A program made the translations under genes and the position numbers. Shown here in pieces: positions 1-10,447 of a stretch of DNA of 60,296 nucleotides. The notes under the pieces were generated by a model. It saw only the letters and a list, made by a program, of their open reading frames with translations. It was not told the origin of the DNA and made no database searches. Position 1 is the first letter of the stretch, and each line of letters opens with the position of its first letter. This DNA comes from Alphaproteobacteria bacterium (GTDB lineage: Bacteria > Pseudomonadota > Alphaproteobacteria > TMED109): assembly GCA_029936295.1 (NCBI GenBank), contig JAPYTH010000001.1:44274-104569 (forward strand). The letters are read 5' to 3'.

Positions 1-137
1 CAATAGCTGGTCTAGTAATTGACGTAGCACAAAAATTACCTAAAATTAATGAAACAATTACAATAGAAAACTTTCATTTTAAAATTCTTGAAAGGCAAAG
101 AACCAGAATTACAAAAATTAATATTAAGGAAAATTAA
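1..137 (+). CDS. 3' end of a hemolysin-family / CorC(TlyC)-like protein (CorC_HlyC transporter-associated domain), cut by the window edge
   Basis: The frame from nt 3 reads IAGLVIDVAQKLPKINETITIENFHFKILERQRTRITKINIKEN* with TAA at 135-137. This resembles the C-terminal CorC_HlyC domain. The stop overlaps the next ATG (TAATG). Only 45 aa are visible. Confidence 0.45.
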   Translation, partial: IAGLVIDVAQKLPKINETITIENFHFKILERQRTRITKINIKEN

Positions 138-694
138 TGACTTTACCAACATTTTATAAAAGAAAAAAAATCCATAATAGAAGCGTACAATGTGAAGGGT
201 TTAAAAGAGAAGATGGTCTTTGGGATATAGAAGGGCATCTTAAAGATACAAAGACATATGATTTTAAAAATGATTCTAGAGGTGATGTTAATGCTAGTAT
301 GGCTATTCATGATATGAGCATAAGACTTACATTAGATGATCATCTAAAAATAATAGATATTAATATAACTATGGATGCCCATCCATATAATATTTGCCCT
401 GCAATAGTTCCAAATTTCAAAAAGTTAATAGGGGAAACCATTGGAAAAGGTTTTAGAAAAAATGTATACTCAAACGTAGGCGGCATAGCAGGTTGCACTC
501 ATTTAGTTGAACTTTTGTTTCCAATTGCTACAACGGCATTTCAAACAATATATTCATATAAAGCATTAAAAAAACAAAGCAAAAAGTCTAATAGTGATAA
601 TCCTCCTACATTAATAAATTCTTGTCACAGCTGGAATGAAAACAGTGAAGTAATAAAAAAATATTTCCCAAAATTTTATAAAGGCACTATTTAA
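137..694 (+). CDS. DUF2889 family protein
   Basis: 185-aa ORF. It contains ...DGLWDIEGHL.D.K...F......G.......IHDM.IRL..D..L.I.DI...MDA.PY..CP and GGIAGCTHLVELL.PIATTAFQT, which match my recollection of the DUF2889 signature. Confidence 0.6.
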   Translation: MTLPTFYKRKKIHNRSVQCEGFKREDGLWDIEGHLKDTKTYDFKNDSRGDVNASMAIHDMSIRLTLDDHLKIIDINITMDAHPYNICPAIVPNFKKLIGETIGKGFRKNVYSNVGGIAGCTHLVELLFPIATTAFQTIYSYKALKKQSKKSNSDNPPTLINSCHSWNENSEVIKKYFPKFYKGTI

Positions 695-697
695 ATA

Positions 698-967
698 TTA
701 TGAATCACTTAGTTTTAGTGATAAGGCATGTAATCCAGTTTTAAATTCTTTATCTAGAATTTTATAAACCATTCTTTCTTTTTCTATTCTATTTTTTCCT
801 ATAAAATATTTACTTATAATTATAACATTATAATGACTTTCTCCCGATTTCGGTGCAGCATGATGCCCTTGATGGCTCTTACTATCATCAATCACTTCTA
901 AATAACTAGGATTAAGATGTTCTTTAATTATTTGCTCTATTCGACTTTTTCGTTCATAATTAATCAT
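698..967 (-). CDS. BolA family protein
   Basis: 89 aa with ...LEVIDDSKSHQGH...ESHYNVIIISKYFIGKNRIEKERMVYKIL..E....LHALSLKL, the typical BolA fold pattern. Confidence 0.8.
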   Translation of the reverse strand: MINYERKSRIEQIIKEHLNPSYLEVIDDSKSHQGHHAAPKSGESHYNVIIISKYFIGKNRIEKERMVYKILDKEFKTGLHALSLKLSDS

Positions 968-1015
968 AAATAATCCCTTTCAAGAAGCAATTAATTATAA
1001 TATAAATACTACAAA

Positions 1016-1576
1016 ATGAAATATTCTGAAAATAATATAAAATATATATATAAAAGAAATGACCCTGAAACTCTTCAATTAACAAAATATTGTGAATGGA
1101 AAGACTGTAATAACAAAGGTATTTACAGAGCACCTAAAAATAGAAAATCTCTAAGAGAGTTTAGGTGGTTTTGTCTAGAACATATTCGTGAATATAACAA
1201 AAAATGGAACTACTTTTCTGGATTATCCCAGATAGAAATAGAAAAAGAGCTTAAAGCTGATTTTACATGGCATTTACCTACATGGCCAATGAGTGAGAAT
1301 ATTAATAAAAATAATATAAAAGATGGTTTTGATATTTTACAATCTAAAAATTCTAAAAATAAATATAACAAAACAAAAGGTTTACAAAATAATAAAATAA
1401 TTAAAGCATTAAAAAAATTAGATTTACCTTTAGATTCTTCCTTACAAGATGTTAAAAGACGTTATAAAATTTTGGTGAAGAAATACCATCCAGATACAAA
1501 CATAAATAAGAAAAAATCTAATAATATATTAATTGAAATTAATGAAGCCTACAAAATACTTTTAGACAACTATTAA
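1016..1576 (+). CDS. J-domain protein (C-terminal DnaJ domain)
   Basis: The C-terminus LQDVKRRYKILVKKYHPDTN...INEAYKILL carries the HPD motif. The N-terminus has CEWKDC...FRWFCLEHIREYNKKWNYF. A gene of this type sits upstream of cobS in alphaproteobacteria. Confidence 0.75.
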   Translation: MKYSENNIKYIYKRNDPETLQLTKYCEWKDCNNKGIYRAPKNRKSLREFRWFCLEHIREYNKKWNYFSGLSQIEIEKELKADFTWHLPTWPMSENINKNNIKDGFDILQSKNSKNKYNKTKGLQNNKIIKALKKLDLPLDSSLQDVKRRYKILVKKYHPDTNINKKKSNNILIEINEAYKILLDNY

Positions 1577-1599
1577 ATTAATAAATCAGGAATACAAAT

Positions 1600-2619
1600 A
1601 TGAAGAAAAATGAAGAAAAAATTAATATTCGTAATGAACCAAATACTATAATAGATACAAGAAAAGCTTTTGGATTAAGTATAAATATGGAAGTACCAGG
1701 ATACTCAGAACCAGATAAGTATGTTCCTATAATTGATAAAAGCTATTATTTTGATGAAGAAACTACATTAGCTATTCTAGCTGGTTTTAAATATAATAGA
1801 AGAGTATTAGTCCAAGGGTTACATGGCACTGGTAAATCTACACATATTGAACAAATAGCTGCTCGATTAAACTGGAGATGCATAAGAATTAATTTAGATA
1901 GCCATATTAGTAGAATAGATTTAATTGGAAAAGATGCAATAGTTTTAGAGGATGGCAAACAAATCACAACTTTTAAAGAAGGCATGCTCCCATGGGCTGT
2001 TCAATCGGCTACAGCATTAGTATTTGATGAATATGACGCTGGAAGGCCAGACGTAATGTTCGTAATACAAAGAATATTAGAGGCAGACGGAAAGTTAACA
2101 CTATTAGATCAAAGTAAAGTAATTACTCCACATAAATATTTTAGACTATTTGGGACATCTAATACGATAGGCTTGGGTGATACTACTGGCCTTTACCATG
2201 GTACTCAGCAAATAAATCAAGGACAGATGGACAGATGGAATGTGGTTACATCACTAAACTATTTGTCAGAAAATATTGAATCAAACATTATTTTTTCTAA
2301 AATTACTAATTTAAATGAAAAATTTTTAGATAAAGAAAAGATTACTAATATGGTTAAATTAGCTAATCTTACAAGAAATGGTTTTAAAAATGGTGACCTA
2401 TCAACAGTAATGTCACCAAGAACTGTAATATCTTGGGCAGAAAATAGTATTATATTTAAAGATATATCATATGCATTTAAAATATCTTTTTTAAATAAAT
2501 GTGATGAAACTGAAAGAGGCACTTTAAGTGAATACTATCAAAGGTGTTTTGGTGACTTACTACCTGAAGAATGGTTATCAGCAATTATAGAAGACAAAAT
2601 AGTAATAGAATCTAAATAA
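1600..2619 (+). CDS. cobS: CobS-type AAA+ ATPase (annotated cobaltochelatase subunit CobS)
   Basis: Walker [41 protein letters not shown] and Walker B LVFDEYD. The 339-aa length is typical of CobS. Confidence 0.85.
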   Translation: MKKNEEKINIRNEPNTIIDTRKAFGLSINMEVPGYSEPDKYVPIIDKSYYFDEETTLAILAGFKYNRRVLVQGLHGTGKSTHIEQIAARLNWRCIRINLDSHISRIDLIGKDAIVLEDGKQITTFKEGMLPWAVQSATALVFDEYDAGRPDVMFVIQRILEADGKLTLLDQSKVITPHKYFRLFGTSNTIGLGDTTGLYHGTQQINQGQMDRWNVVTSLNYLSENIESNIIFSKITNLNEKFLDKEKITNMVKLANLTRNGFKNGDLSTVMSPRTVISWAENSIIFKDISYAFKISFLNKCDETERGTLSEYYQRCFGDLLPEEWLSAIIEDKIVIESK

Positions 2620-4451
2620 TGTCTGATAAAAAAGATCAAATTAATGATTTTAAAAAAGCCATATCTTCTACTTTAAGAGCCATTTCAAAGAAGAAATATA
2701 TTAATATTAATTTTGGTGCAGATGTAGTTATAGATTCTAACTCTATAACCCTTCCCTTACCTAGTATTAAACTTGAAGATTTAGAAAAAAAAGAACTTAG
2801 AGGTATTGCAGACAGTATAGCCCTTAAATTTAAATATCATAATAAAAAAACTCATGAATCCTTAAAACCTAAATCTAAAGTAGCAAATAAAATTTTTAAT
2901 TCAATAGAATCAGCAAGATTTGAATCTCTTGGAATTATTGAATATTCTGGTATTAAGAATAATTTAGATAAACATATGGAAGCCAAATATAAAAATAATC
3001 AAATTAATAATTTAATTCATCGAAATGAAGTAGCAATTGAAGATGCTGTAAAGCTAATAATTCAAGAAAAATTGACTAATAAAAAATTATCAAAAAAATT
3101 AATAGCAATTACTAATACTTGGAGAAAAGATTTAGAACCTGTAATAAAAGAAAGTATAAATGAGCTAAAATCTAGTATTTTTAAACAAAAAGACTTTTCA
3201 GCTATTTCTCTCAAATTAGCAAAAGAACTACAATCTATTCAGGCTGAAATAGATGTAGATCAAGATAATAAAGATGACAATCAAGATGATATTAATAATG
3301 AAGATGATGAACAAAAACAAGATAATGATGAAGAAAACCAAAACTTAAGTGAAGAAGAATCTGAGCCAGAAGAAAATTTATCATCGGAACAAGATGATAC
3401 TGACACAGATATAATAGATGATGAAAATTCGGACTCAGAAAATAATAAAGATGCTAATCCTTTTTATACACCTCCTGCAGAAAACAAAGATAATTTTAAT
3501 TATATTGCATATACTAAAAAATTTGATGAAACAATTTATGCGCAAGACTTATGTGATCAAGACGAGCTATTAAGATTAAGAGGTAATCTAGATAAACAAA
3601 TTGAAAATATGGATAATATAATTTCTCAATTAGCTAATAGATTACAAAGAAAATTAATGGCTCAACAAAATAGGTGGTGGGAATTTAATTTAGAAGAAGG
3701 AGTTTTAGATGCTGCCAGATTGCCTAGAATTATCATAAATCCTCTCCAATCATTGTCTTACAAAAAAGAAATTGAGTCAGAGTTTAAAGACACAATAGTT
3801 ACCTTACTTATTGATAACTCAGGTTCTATGAGGGGTAGACCTATTACGGTTGCTGCATTAAGTGCAGACATTTTAACAAGAACTCTTGAAAGGTGTGGAG
3901 TAAAAGTGGAAATTTTAGGTTTTACTACACGGTCATGGAAAGGTGGAAAAGCTAGAGATGAATGGATAAAAAATGGTCGACCCTCAAACCCAGGAAGATT
4001 AAATGAAATAAGACATATAATATATAAAAGCGCAAATAATCCATGGCGAAGATCTAAAACAAATTTAGGGTTAATGTTAAGAGAAGGAATACTAAAAGAA
4101 AATATAGATGGAGAAGCTATTGAATGGGCAACCGAAAGACTACACAAAAGGTCTGAAAAAAGAAAAATTTTAATGGTTATATCTGACGGAGCACCAGTAG
4201 ATGATTCAACTTTAAGTACTAACTCCGGGAGTTACTTAGATAGACACTTAAAACAAATTATAAAAAAAACAGAGGCAAACACAAATATAGAACTATTAGC
4301 CATTGGAATTGGGCACGATGTAACTCGATATTATAAACAAGCACTAACAATTGTAGAGGTTGATCAATTAGGTGGTGCTATTACTAATCAGTTAGCCATC
4401 CTATTTGATAAAAAAAATAAGATTAACAAAATAAAGAATAACTATACTTAA
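2619..4451 (+). CDS. cobT: CobT-type vWA protein (annotated cobaltochelatase subunit CobT)
   Basis: The start overlaps the cobS stop (ATAATG). The C-terminal vWA domain has MIDAS-like [14 protein letters not shown] and [13 protein letters not shown]. An acidic linker sits mid-protein. Confidence 0.85.
   Translation: MSDKKDQINDFKKAISSTLRAISKKKYININFGADVVIDSNSITLPLPSIKLEDLEKKELRGIADSIALKFKYHNKKTHESLKPKSKVANKIFNSIESARFESLGIIEYSGIKNNLDKHMEAKYKNNQINNLIHRNEVAIEDAVKLIIQEKLTNKKLSKKLIAITNTWRKDLEPVIKESINELKSSIFKQKDFSAISLKLAKELQSIQAEIDVDQDNKDDNQDDINNEDDEQKQDNDEENQNLSEEESEPEENLSSEQDDTDTDIIDDENSDSENNKDANPFYTPPAENKDNFNYIAYTKKFDETIYAQDLCDQDELLRLRGNLDKQIENMDNIISQLANRLQRKLMAQQNRWWEFNLEEGVLDAARLPRIIINPLQSLSYKKEIESEFKDTIVTLLIDNSGSMRGRPITVAALSADILTRTLERCGVKVEILGFTTRSWKGGKARDEWIKNGRPSNPGRLNEIRHIIYKSANNPWRRSKTNLGLMLREGILKENIDGEAIEWATERLHKRSEKRKILMVISDGAPVDDSTLSTNSGSYLDRHLKQIIKKTEANTNIELLAIGIGHDVTRYYKQALTIVEVDQLGGAITNQLAILFDKKNKINKIKNNYT
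3252..3452 (+). other. Acidic low-complexity linker inside cobT (about 67 aa, D/E/N/Q-rich)
   Basis: Direct translation gives [67 protein letters not shown]. Confidence 0.85.
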
Positions 4452-4738
4452 GCCTTGATAGCTTCTTTTCTCTTAATAAGCTTTTTATAATACAAGGCCG
4501 ACGCAGATAGATCTTTTTCAAAAGCATCAGCAAGAAATTTATCAATTCCTCCCTTTTTTTCCACAGTCCTAATTGCTCTAGAAGAAACTCTAAATTTAAC
4601 TGGTTTATTTAGCACTTCACTAAATAGTGAAGTATTTTGTAAATTAGGAAGAAAGCGTCTCCTTGTTCTATTTTTAGCATGACTTACATTATTGCCAGTC
4701 ATAACTTTTTTCCCTGTAAGTTCACATACTCTAGACAT
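4448..4738 (-). CDS. rpmB: 50S ribosomal protein L28
   Basis: [34 protein letters not shown] is a canonical L28 N-terminus. Its stop shares the TTAA tetranucleotide with the cobT stop. Confidence 0.95.
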   Translation of the reverse strand: MSRVCELTGKKVMTGNNVSHAKNRTRRRFLPNLQNTSLFSEVLNKPVKFRVSSRAIRTVEKKGGIDKFLADAFEKDLSASALYYKKLIKRKEAIKA

Positions 4739-4806
4739 AAAACTAATCCTTTACATAATATTCTATGGTTTAATAAAACTGAATAAGATATCAGTCAAGA
4801 AATCTT

Positions 4807-6999
4807 TTATATTATACCTTCTTTTTCACTAGGTCTCTGCTCTATTAACCCTAATACTCTTCTAGCTGCGTCTGTAATATTCGTTCCTGGTCCAAAAATA
4901 GCGTCTACTCCTGCTTTTTCTAATTCCGCATAATCGTCTTGAGGAATAACCCCTCCAGCAACAATTAAAACATTATTATTACCACCATTCCTAATATTTT
5001 TAATCATTTCTGGAATTAAGGTAAGGTGACCTCCAGCTAAACTTGAAGCACCTACAACATCTGGCTTAAATGAATCTACCATGTCGGATGATTCTTTAGG
5101 TGTTTGAAACAGTGGGCCTACTTTTACATCAAATCCAAGGTCTTCATATGCACTAGCAACAACGTTAGCACCTCTATCATGTCCATCTTGTCCTAATTTA
5201 ACGATAAGAATACGAGGTTTTCTGGTTTTTTTTGTAATAAAATCATTAATAGCTTGTTTTACATAAATAAAATTTTCATTTTTACATAACTCTGCCCCAT
5301 AAATACCTTTAACTCCTTTATAATTAGGTTTATGTCGGATAAAAACTTTCTCTAAAGCATAAGAAATTTCCCCAACTGTAGCCCTTTTACGAGATGCTTC
5401 TAAGCTTAATTCTAATAGGTTAGAAGAATCATCTTTAGCTCCATTAGTTAAATTATTTAAAGCCTGATTTACTGCAAGCTCATCTCTATTCTGTTTAAGT
5501 TTTTTTAGATTTTTAATTTGTTGATCTCTTACTTTTGCATTATTAACTTTTAAAACATCAAATTTATAATCTAATTTAGATTGATACTTATTTACACCAA
5601 CAACTATAGACTCAGTGGAATCAACTGCTGCTTGTCTTTTTGCCGCTGATTCTTCTATCATTTTTTTAGGTATTCCTTTTTCTACAGCCTTAGTCATTCC
5701 ACCTAATTCTTCAATATCATTAATAATCTTTTCTGCAGAAGCAATAAGTCTACCAGTTAAAGCTTCAATGTAATATGAACCTGCAAGAGGATCTATAGAT
5801 TTTGTAATACCAGTTTCTTCTTTTAAGATTAATTGAGTATTCCTAGCAATTCTGGCAGAAAAGTCTGTTGGTAGAGCAACAGCTTCATCAAATGCATTAG
5901 TATGAAGCGATTGTGTACCTCCTAAAACAGCTGCCATGGCTTCAATAGTGGTTCTAACTATATTATTATAAGGATCCTGTTCAGTTAAAGACACTCCAGA
6001 TGTTTGACAATGAGTTCTAAGCATCATTGATTTTTCAGTTTTAGGGTCAAAATACTTTTTCATTAAAGTAGCCCATAGCCATCTTGCCGCTCTCAATTTT
6101 GCAATTTCCATAAAAAAGTTCATTCCTATTGCAAAGAAAAATGATAATCTGGGTGCAAAATCATCTACTTTTAAACCATTATTTAAAGCTGCTCTAACGT
6201 ATTCTAAACCATCAGCAATTGTAAAAGCTAATTCTTGAGCTTGGTTCGCACCTGCTTCTTGCATATGATAACCACTGATTGATATAGAATTAAATAAAGG
6301 CATATTTTTTGCAGTATACCCTATTATATCAGATACAATTCTCATTGAATGGACCGGAGGATAAATATATGTATTTCTTACCATAAATTCTTTTAAAATA
6401 TCATTCTGAATGGTACCTCTTAGTTTTTGTTTTTCTACCCCCTGCTCTTCTGCAGTTACAATAAAATTTGCTAATACCGGTAGTACAGCTCCATTCATTG
6501 TCATTGAAACTGACATTTTATCCAATGGAATTTGATCAAATAATAGCTTCATATCTTCTACAGAATCTATAGCCACTCCTGACATTCCAACATCACCAGA
6601 GACTCTAGGATGATCACTATCATAGCCCCTATGTGTAGCTAAATCGAACGCTACAGATAATCCCATTTGTCCAGCTGCTAAATTACGTTTATAAAATTCA
6701 TTTGATTCTTTCGCTGTAGAAAAACCGGCATATTGCCTAACCGTCCAAGGCCTACCTGTATACATAGTAGCTTTAGAGCCTCTTAAAAAAGGTGCTAATC
6801 CAGGTATCCCACCTAAATGAGAGAGCCCTTCCAAATCCTTTTCTGTATATAGTGGCTGAATATCTATACCTTCAGGAGTTTTCCAAATTAAAGAATCACT
6901 ATCATTTCCTTTTAATTCTTTTTTTACTAATTCTATCCATTCTTTCAAAGTTCTTGATGAATTTTTATTCATAAATTTATTATAACCTTTCAATAACAC
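4807..6999 (-). CDS. scpA: Methylmalonyl-CoA mutase, single-chain form with C-terminal B12-binding domain
   Basis: [63 protein letters not shown] matches the mutase core. The B12-binding DxHxxG motif appears as [12 protein letters not shown]. An alternative ATG lies at 6972. Confidence 0.9.
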   Translation of the reverse strand: MLLKGYNKFMNKNSSRTLKEWIELVKKELKGNDSDSLIWKTPEGIDIQPLYTEKDLEGLSHLGGIPGLAPFLRGSKATMYTGRPWTVRQYAGFSTAKESNEFYKRNLAAGQMGLSVAFDLATHRGYDSDHPRVSGDVGMSGVAIDSVEDMKLLFDQIPLDKMSVSMTMNGAVLPVLANFIVTAEEQGVEKQKLRGTIQNDILKEFMVRNTYIYPPVHSMRIVSDIIGYTAKNMPLFNSISISGYHMQEAGANQAQELAFTIADGLEYVRAALNNGLKVDDFAPRLSFFFAIGMNFFMEIAKLRAARWLWATLMKKYFDPKTEKSMMLRTHCQTSGVSLTEQDPYNNIVRTTIEAMAAVLGGTQSLHTNAFDEAVALPTDFSARIARNTQLILKEETGITKSIDPLAGSYYIEALTGRLIASAEKIINDIEELGGMTKAVEKGIPKKMIEESAAKRQAAVDSTESIVVGVNKYQSKLDYKFDVLKVNNAKVRDQQIKNLKKLKQNRDELAVNQALNNLTNGAKDDSSNLLELSLEASRKRATVGEISYALEKVFIRHKPNYKGVKGIYGAELCKNENFIYVKQAINDFITKKTRKPRILIVKLGQDGHDRGANVVASAYEDLGFDVKVGPLFQTPKESSDMVDSFKPDVVGASSLAGGHLTLIPEMIKNIRNGGNNNVLIVAGGVIPQDDYAELEKAGVDAIFGPGTNITDAARRVLGLIEQRPSEKEGII

Positions 7000-7005
7000 T
7001 TTTTA

Positions 7006-7431
7006 TTAATTATCTTTAATCCAAGGTAATTTTATATAAGGAACTCCTTCTTCCTTTAATTTTTTTTCTTCTTTTTTTGTTGCAGTACCTCTAATAGCCT
7101 TAGTTTGCTTTTCACCTTTATAAATCATTCTTGCTTCTTCAGCAAAGTTCTCGCCAACGTCAATAGTTTGTTTTTCTATTTCTTTATTAAAAGTTCGAAG
7201 CTTAGTTTTAAATTCTGATTCGGCAAGATAAGATATATTTTTTTTATTTAAATCTGTTTTTATTGAAGATCTTTTTATGGATGGTGCTACTATTGCCCTT
7301 TCAACCTTAGCATTACCACAAATTGGACAAGTTAGGAGATCATTCATAGCCTGTTTTTCATAATCTAAAGAACTAGAAAACCACCCTTCAAAAGGGTGAG
7401 ACAAATCACATTTAAGATCATATTTAATCAT
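7006..7431 (-). CDS. DUF1178 family protein
   Basis: MIKYDLKCDLSHPFEGWFSSS.DYEKQ....LLTCPICG...V.RA is the typical DUF1178 N-terminus. I prefer ATG 7431 over the GTG at 7440 used in the ORF track. Confidence 0.7.
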   Translation of the reverse strand: MIKYDLKCDLSHPFEGWFSSSLDYEKQAMNDLLTCPICGNAKVERAIVAPSIKRSSIKTDLNKKNISYLAESEFKTKLRTFNKEIEKQTIDVGENFAEEARMIYKGEKQTKAIRGTATKKEEKKLKEEGVPYIKLPWIKDN

Positions 7432-7497
7432 AGCACCCACCTAAGATAATATTATAGCCCTAATAAAAGGTTATTTAGTATTATTGTAAATAAGATA

Positions 7498-8064
7498 ATG
7501 TATAATATAATTACCATGAATAAAAATTTTAAAATAAAAAAAAACCTTATACTCTCTAAACCATCAGACTGGATAAAAGAAAACTTAACTAAGAATATTA
7601 ACGATCTAACTTTATTAGATATAGCTTGTGGAAATGGAAGACACAGTATTTACGCTTCCTCTATAGGGTATAAAGTAATTAGCTTGGATATAAGTAAGGA
7701 AAAAATTTCTGCACTCGCATCAAAAAAATCTATTTTTCCTGTACAAATAGATATAGAAGAAAAAAATACATGGCCTTTTACAGATAAAACATTTGATGCA
7801 ATAATAGTCACAAATTATCTTTATAGACCTATATTTCAAAATATTATTAATAGTATTAAATTAAATGGCATCTTATTATATGAAACTTTTTCAATAGAAA
7901 ATTCTAAGTTAGGAAAACCAAGTAACCCAAACTATCTATTAAAACCTCAAGAATTATTATGTCTTGCAAAAAAACAAGGCATGGAAATTATTAATTATGA
8001 GGAAATAGTATTAGAATATCCTATAAAAAAAGCTCTGCAGAGAATATATGCAAGAATTAAATAA
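7498..8064 (+). CDS. Class I SAM-dependent methyltransferase
   Basis: Motif I LLDIACGNGRHSIY, a beta-2 acidic residue in VISLDIS, and post-II FDAIIVTNYL...LNGILL. Confidence 0.7.
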   Translation: MYNIITMNKNFKIKKNLILSKPSDWIKENLTKNINDLTLLDIACGNGRHSIYASSIGYKVISLDISKEKISALASKKSIFPVQIDIEEKNTWPFTDKTFDAIIVTNYLYRPIFQNIINSIKLNGILLYETFSIENSKLGKPSNPNYLLKPQELLCLAKKQGMEIINYEEIVLEYPIKKALQRIYARIK

Positions 8065-8066
8065 AC

Positions 8067-8858
8067 TTAAATCCTTCCCCATATTTTTTTGACATTATTA
8101 GATTTATTAATATCTATGTCTGCTAGTATAATTTTTTCATTATTCTTAGCCTCTGCTATTATATTACCCCATGGATCTACAACCATAGAATGTCCCCATG
8201 TTTCTCTTTCACCATAATGCTTACCTACTTGTGCAGGTGCTAATATCCAAGAACATGTTTCTATAGCTCTTGTACGAAGTAACACCTCCCAATGATCTTT
8301 ACCTGTATTTTTTGTAAATGCTGAAGGAATAGTAATAATATTACAGCCTTGATACGATAATTTAGAGTATAATTCAGGAAACCTTATATCATAACATATA
8401 GTTAAACCAATTTTTCCTAATTCATTATCCACTACTACTATTTTTGAACCAGCAATATATCTTTCAGATTCACGATAGCTTTCTTTTTCAGATAAAATAG
8501 CATCAAACATATTAATTTTATCATACCTTGCACAAACTTTTCCTAAATCATTAATAAGTAAAGAACGATTTGCTAATTTTTTTTTATTATTTTTTGATGG
8601 ATATACCGCTATCGAACCTAATAAAACAAAAATAGAATATTTTTTAGCAGCTTCTTTTGTAGCTAAAAGTGTTGGATGTCTGGATTCTACTGATGCATTA
8701 GCTATCATTTCAAAGCCTCGGCCAATATATCCACAATTTTCTGGAAACAAAACTATATCTGCTTTATTTTTTTTTGCTTCCTTTATTCCATTTAAAATAC
8801 TTTTAATATTTAAATCTATATCTGGAACAGAAGTCATTTGTATCAATGCTACTCGCAT
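8067..8858 (-). CDS. Carbon-nitrogen hydrolase (nitrilase superfamily) protein
   Basis: MRVALIQM...DIVLFPE (Glu), RYDKINMF (Lys) and GLTICYDIRFPE (Cys) give the E-K-C triad pattern. Confidence 0.85.
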   Translation of the reverse strand: MRVALIQMTSVPDIDLNIKSILNGIKEAKKNKADIVLFPENCGYIGRGFEMIANASVESRHPTLLATKEAAKKYSIFVLLGSIAVYPSKNNKKKLANRSLLINDLGKVCARYDKINMFDAILSEKESYRESERYIAGSKIVVVDNELGKIGLTICYDIRFPELYSKLSYQGCNIITIPSAFTKNTGKDHWEVLLRTRAIETCSWILAPAQVGKHYGERETWGHSMVVDPWGNIIAEAKNNEKIILADIDINKSNNVKKIWGRI

Positions 8859-9125
8859 TTAATCAATTTCTTTACTTAAAACTTTATCTAATTCTCCATT
8901 ATTTTCCATATTATATAAATCATCACATCCTCCTATATGTTGTTCTCCATAAAATATTTGTGGGACAGACATTCTTCCTCCTGACAATTCAATCATTTCC
9001 TCTTTTTTATCATATTGAGTGTGTATATTTATTTCTTCAAAATCTATATTCTTTTCCTTTAATAGCTTTTTAGCCATAGAACAATATCCACATAAATGTC
9101 CAGTATATATAACCATACGCCTCAT
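8859..9125 (-). CDS. grxC: Glutaredoxin (Grx3-like)
   Basis: VIYTGHLCGYCSMAKKLL..K...FEEI...VPQIFYGEQHIGGCDDL. The active site is CGYC rather than CPYC. It abuts the CN-hydrolase start with a 0-nt gap. Confidence 0.85.
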   Translation of the reverse strand: MRRMVIYTGHLCGYCSMAKKLLKEKNIDFEEINIHTQYDKKEEMIELSGGRMSVPQIFYGEQHIGGCDDLYNMENNGELDKVLSKEID

Positions 9126-9198
9126 ATAATAACTCCTAGATGTAAGATCTAAAATAATATATAATTATATTATAAAAAACAAACTATTTAGAATTAAT

Positions 9199-9987
9199 AT
9201 GGAAATTAAATCAAAATCTTCAATACCTCAAATATTTGATAGAAAAAATATTCAAGCGAGCCATATTAAAACTAATAACTTATTTGAAAAAATTGCTTCG
9301 GAAATAGCAATAAGGCTACAAGAAACTAATCTATATTTTGAAAATACATTAGAATTAAACTCTAAAACGATAGATACAAGTATAAAAATTAAAGAAACCA
9401 AACTAATTAAAAATTTATATCGAACTGCTATTAATAATCCTAAGAATCAACATATACTTAACTTTATAAGTGATGAAGAATACCTTGCAATAAAGCATAA
9501 TTCTATGGATTTAGTTTATAGTATCTTAGGTTTAAATACGATTAATGATCTGCCAGGGACTTTTAAACAAATATATAATTCTCTTAAGCCAAAAGGATTA
9601 TTTATTGCTGCTTTCTGGGGGGATGGCACTTTATCTCCACTTTCAGAAAGCCTAGCTTATGCTGATGAAAAAATATTAGGAGGTCTATATTCAAGAGTCT
9701 TTCCATTTTGCGACATCAAAACATTAGGAAGCTTAATGCAAAGAGCTGGTTTTATTATGCCTATGGCAGACCAAGAAAAAATTATAAAAAAATATTCAAA
9801 TCTTAAAAATTTGTTAGTTGATATAAAATCTTTTAATGATAAAAATATTTTAAGTGTGAGACCTAAAAATTTTACGCCTAAATCTATATTTAAAGAAGCA
9901 GAAATGCAACTTATGAGGGCTAATAATAACCAGTCAAATTTTTCAATACCATTTAATATTATATATGTTATGGGATGGAAAGATTAA
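9199..9987 (+). CDS. Methyltransferase-fold protein (alphaproteobacterial NDUFAF5-like family) with degenerate motif I
   Basis: IFDRKNI..., DEEYLAIKHNSMDLVYSILGLNTINDLPGTFKQIYNSLKPKGLFIAAFWG, VFPFCDIKTLGSLMQRAGF and a C-terminal NIIYVMGWK match my recollection of the family. The motif-I position reads TLELNSKTI. Confidence 0.6.
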   Translation: MEIKSKSSIPQIFDRKNIQASHIKTNNLFEKIASEIAIRLQETNLYFENTLELNSKTIDTSIKIKETKLIKNLYRTAINNPKNQHILNFISDEEYLAIKHNSMDLVYSILGLNTINDLPGTFKQIYNSLKPKGLFIAAFWGDGTLSPLSESLAYADEKILGGLYSRVFPFCDIKTLGSLMQRAGFIMPMADQEKIIKKYSNLKNLLVDIKSFNDKNILSVRPKNFTPKSIFKEAEMQLMRANNNQSNFSIPFNIIYVMGWKD

Positions 9988-9988
9988 A

Positions 9989-10399
9989 CTAAACTTTTAT
10001 AAGTTGTTGCAAAATTACTAAAATTTCTTTATCGGCATTCACTAAATCTATAATCTTTAATTCTTCATAAGAAAAAAATTTTGTTTCTTGTTTTTCTTTA
10101 GAAAAAATTTTTCCAGACCAATTTTTTAAAAGAAATATTGACATTAGCAAATGAAAAGTACTATAGGAATAACTAATAAAATTAAATGGTATTAAATCTT
10201 TATTATTAACTTTAATGCCTATTTCTTCAAACAACTCTCTTATAATAGCATTTTCTGGGGTTTCATAATTTTCTATTTTTCCTCCTGGTAATTCCCATAA
10301 CCCAGGCATACTTTTATTTTTTGGTCGTTTTTGAAAAAAAATTTTATTATTTTTGATTAAAACTGCAGAAACTACTAATAATAAGGGTTTTTTACTCAT
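9989..10399 (-). CDS. mutT: NUDIX hydrolase (MutT-like)
   Basis: The Nudix box appears as LPGGKIENYETPENAIIRELFEEIGI. The position next to argJ/secA is as in other alphaproteobacteria. Confidence 0.8.
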   Translation of the reverse strand: MSKKPLLLVVSAVLIKNNKIFFQKRPKNKSMPGLWELPGGKIENYETPENAIIRELFEEIGIKVNNKDLIPFNFISYSYSTFHLLMSIFLLKNWSGKIFSKEKQETKFFSYEELKIIDLVNADKEILVILQQLIKV

Positions 10400-10447
10400 A
10401 AAAAATATACCTATACTTTATTTATATACTTTGTATTAATATATATT

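Noticed and set aside
8727-9092. Two same-orientation ATATCCACA 9-mers (8727-8735 and 9084-9092), each an 8/9 match to the DnaA box TTATCCACA
   Set aside because: Both lie inside coding sequences (CN-hydrolase and grxC). There is no adjacent AT-rich unwinding element or box cluster, and no origin-linked genes are nearby. This is most likely chance.
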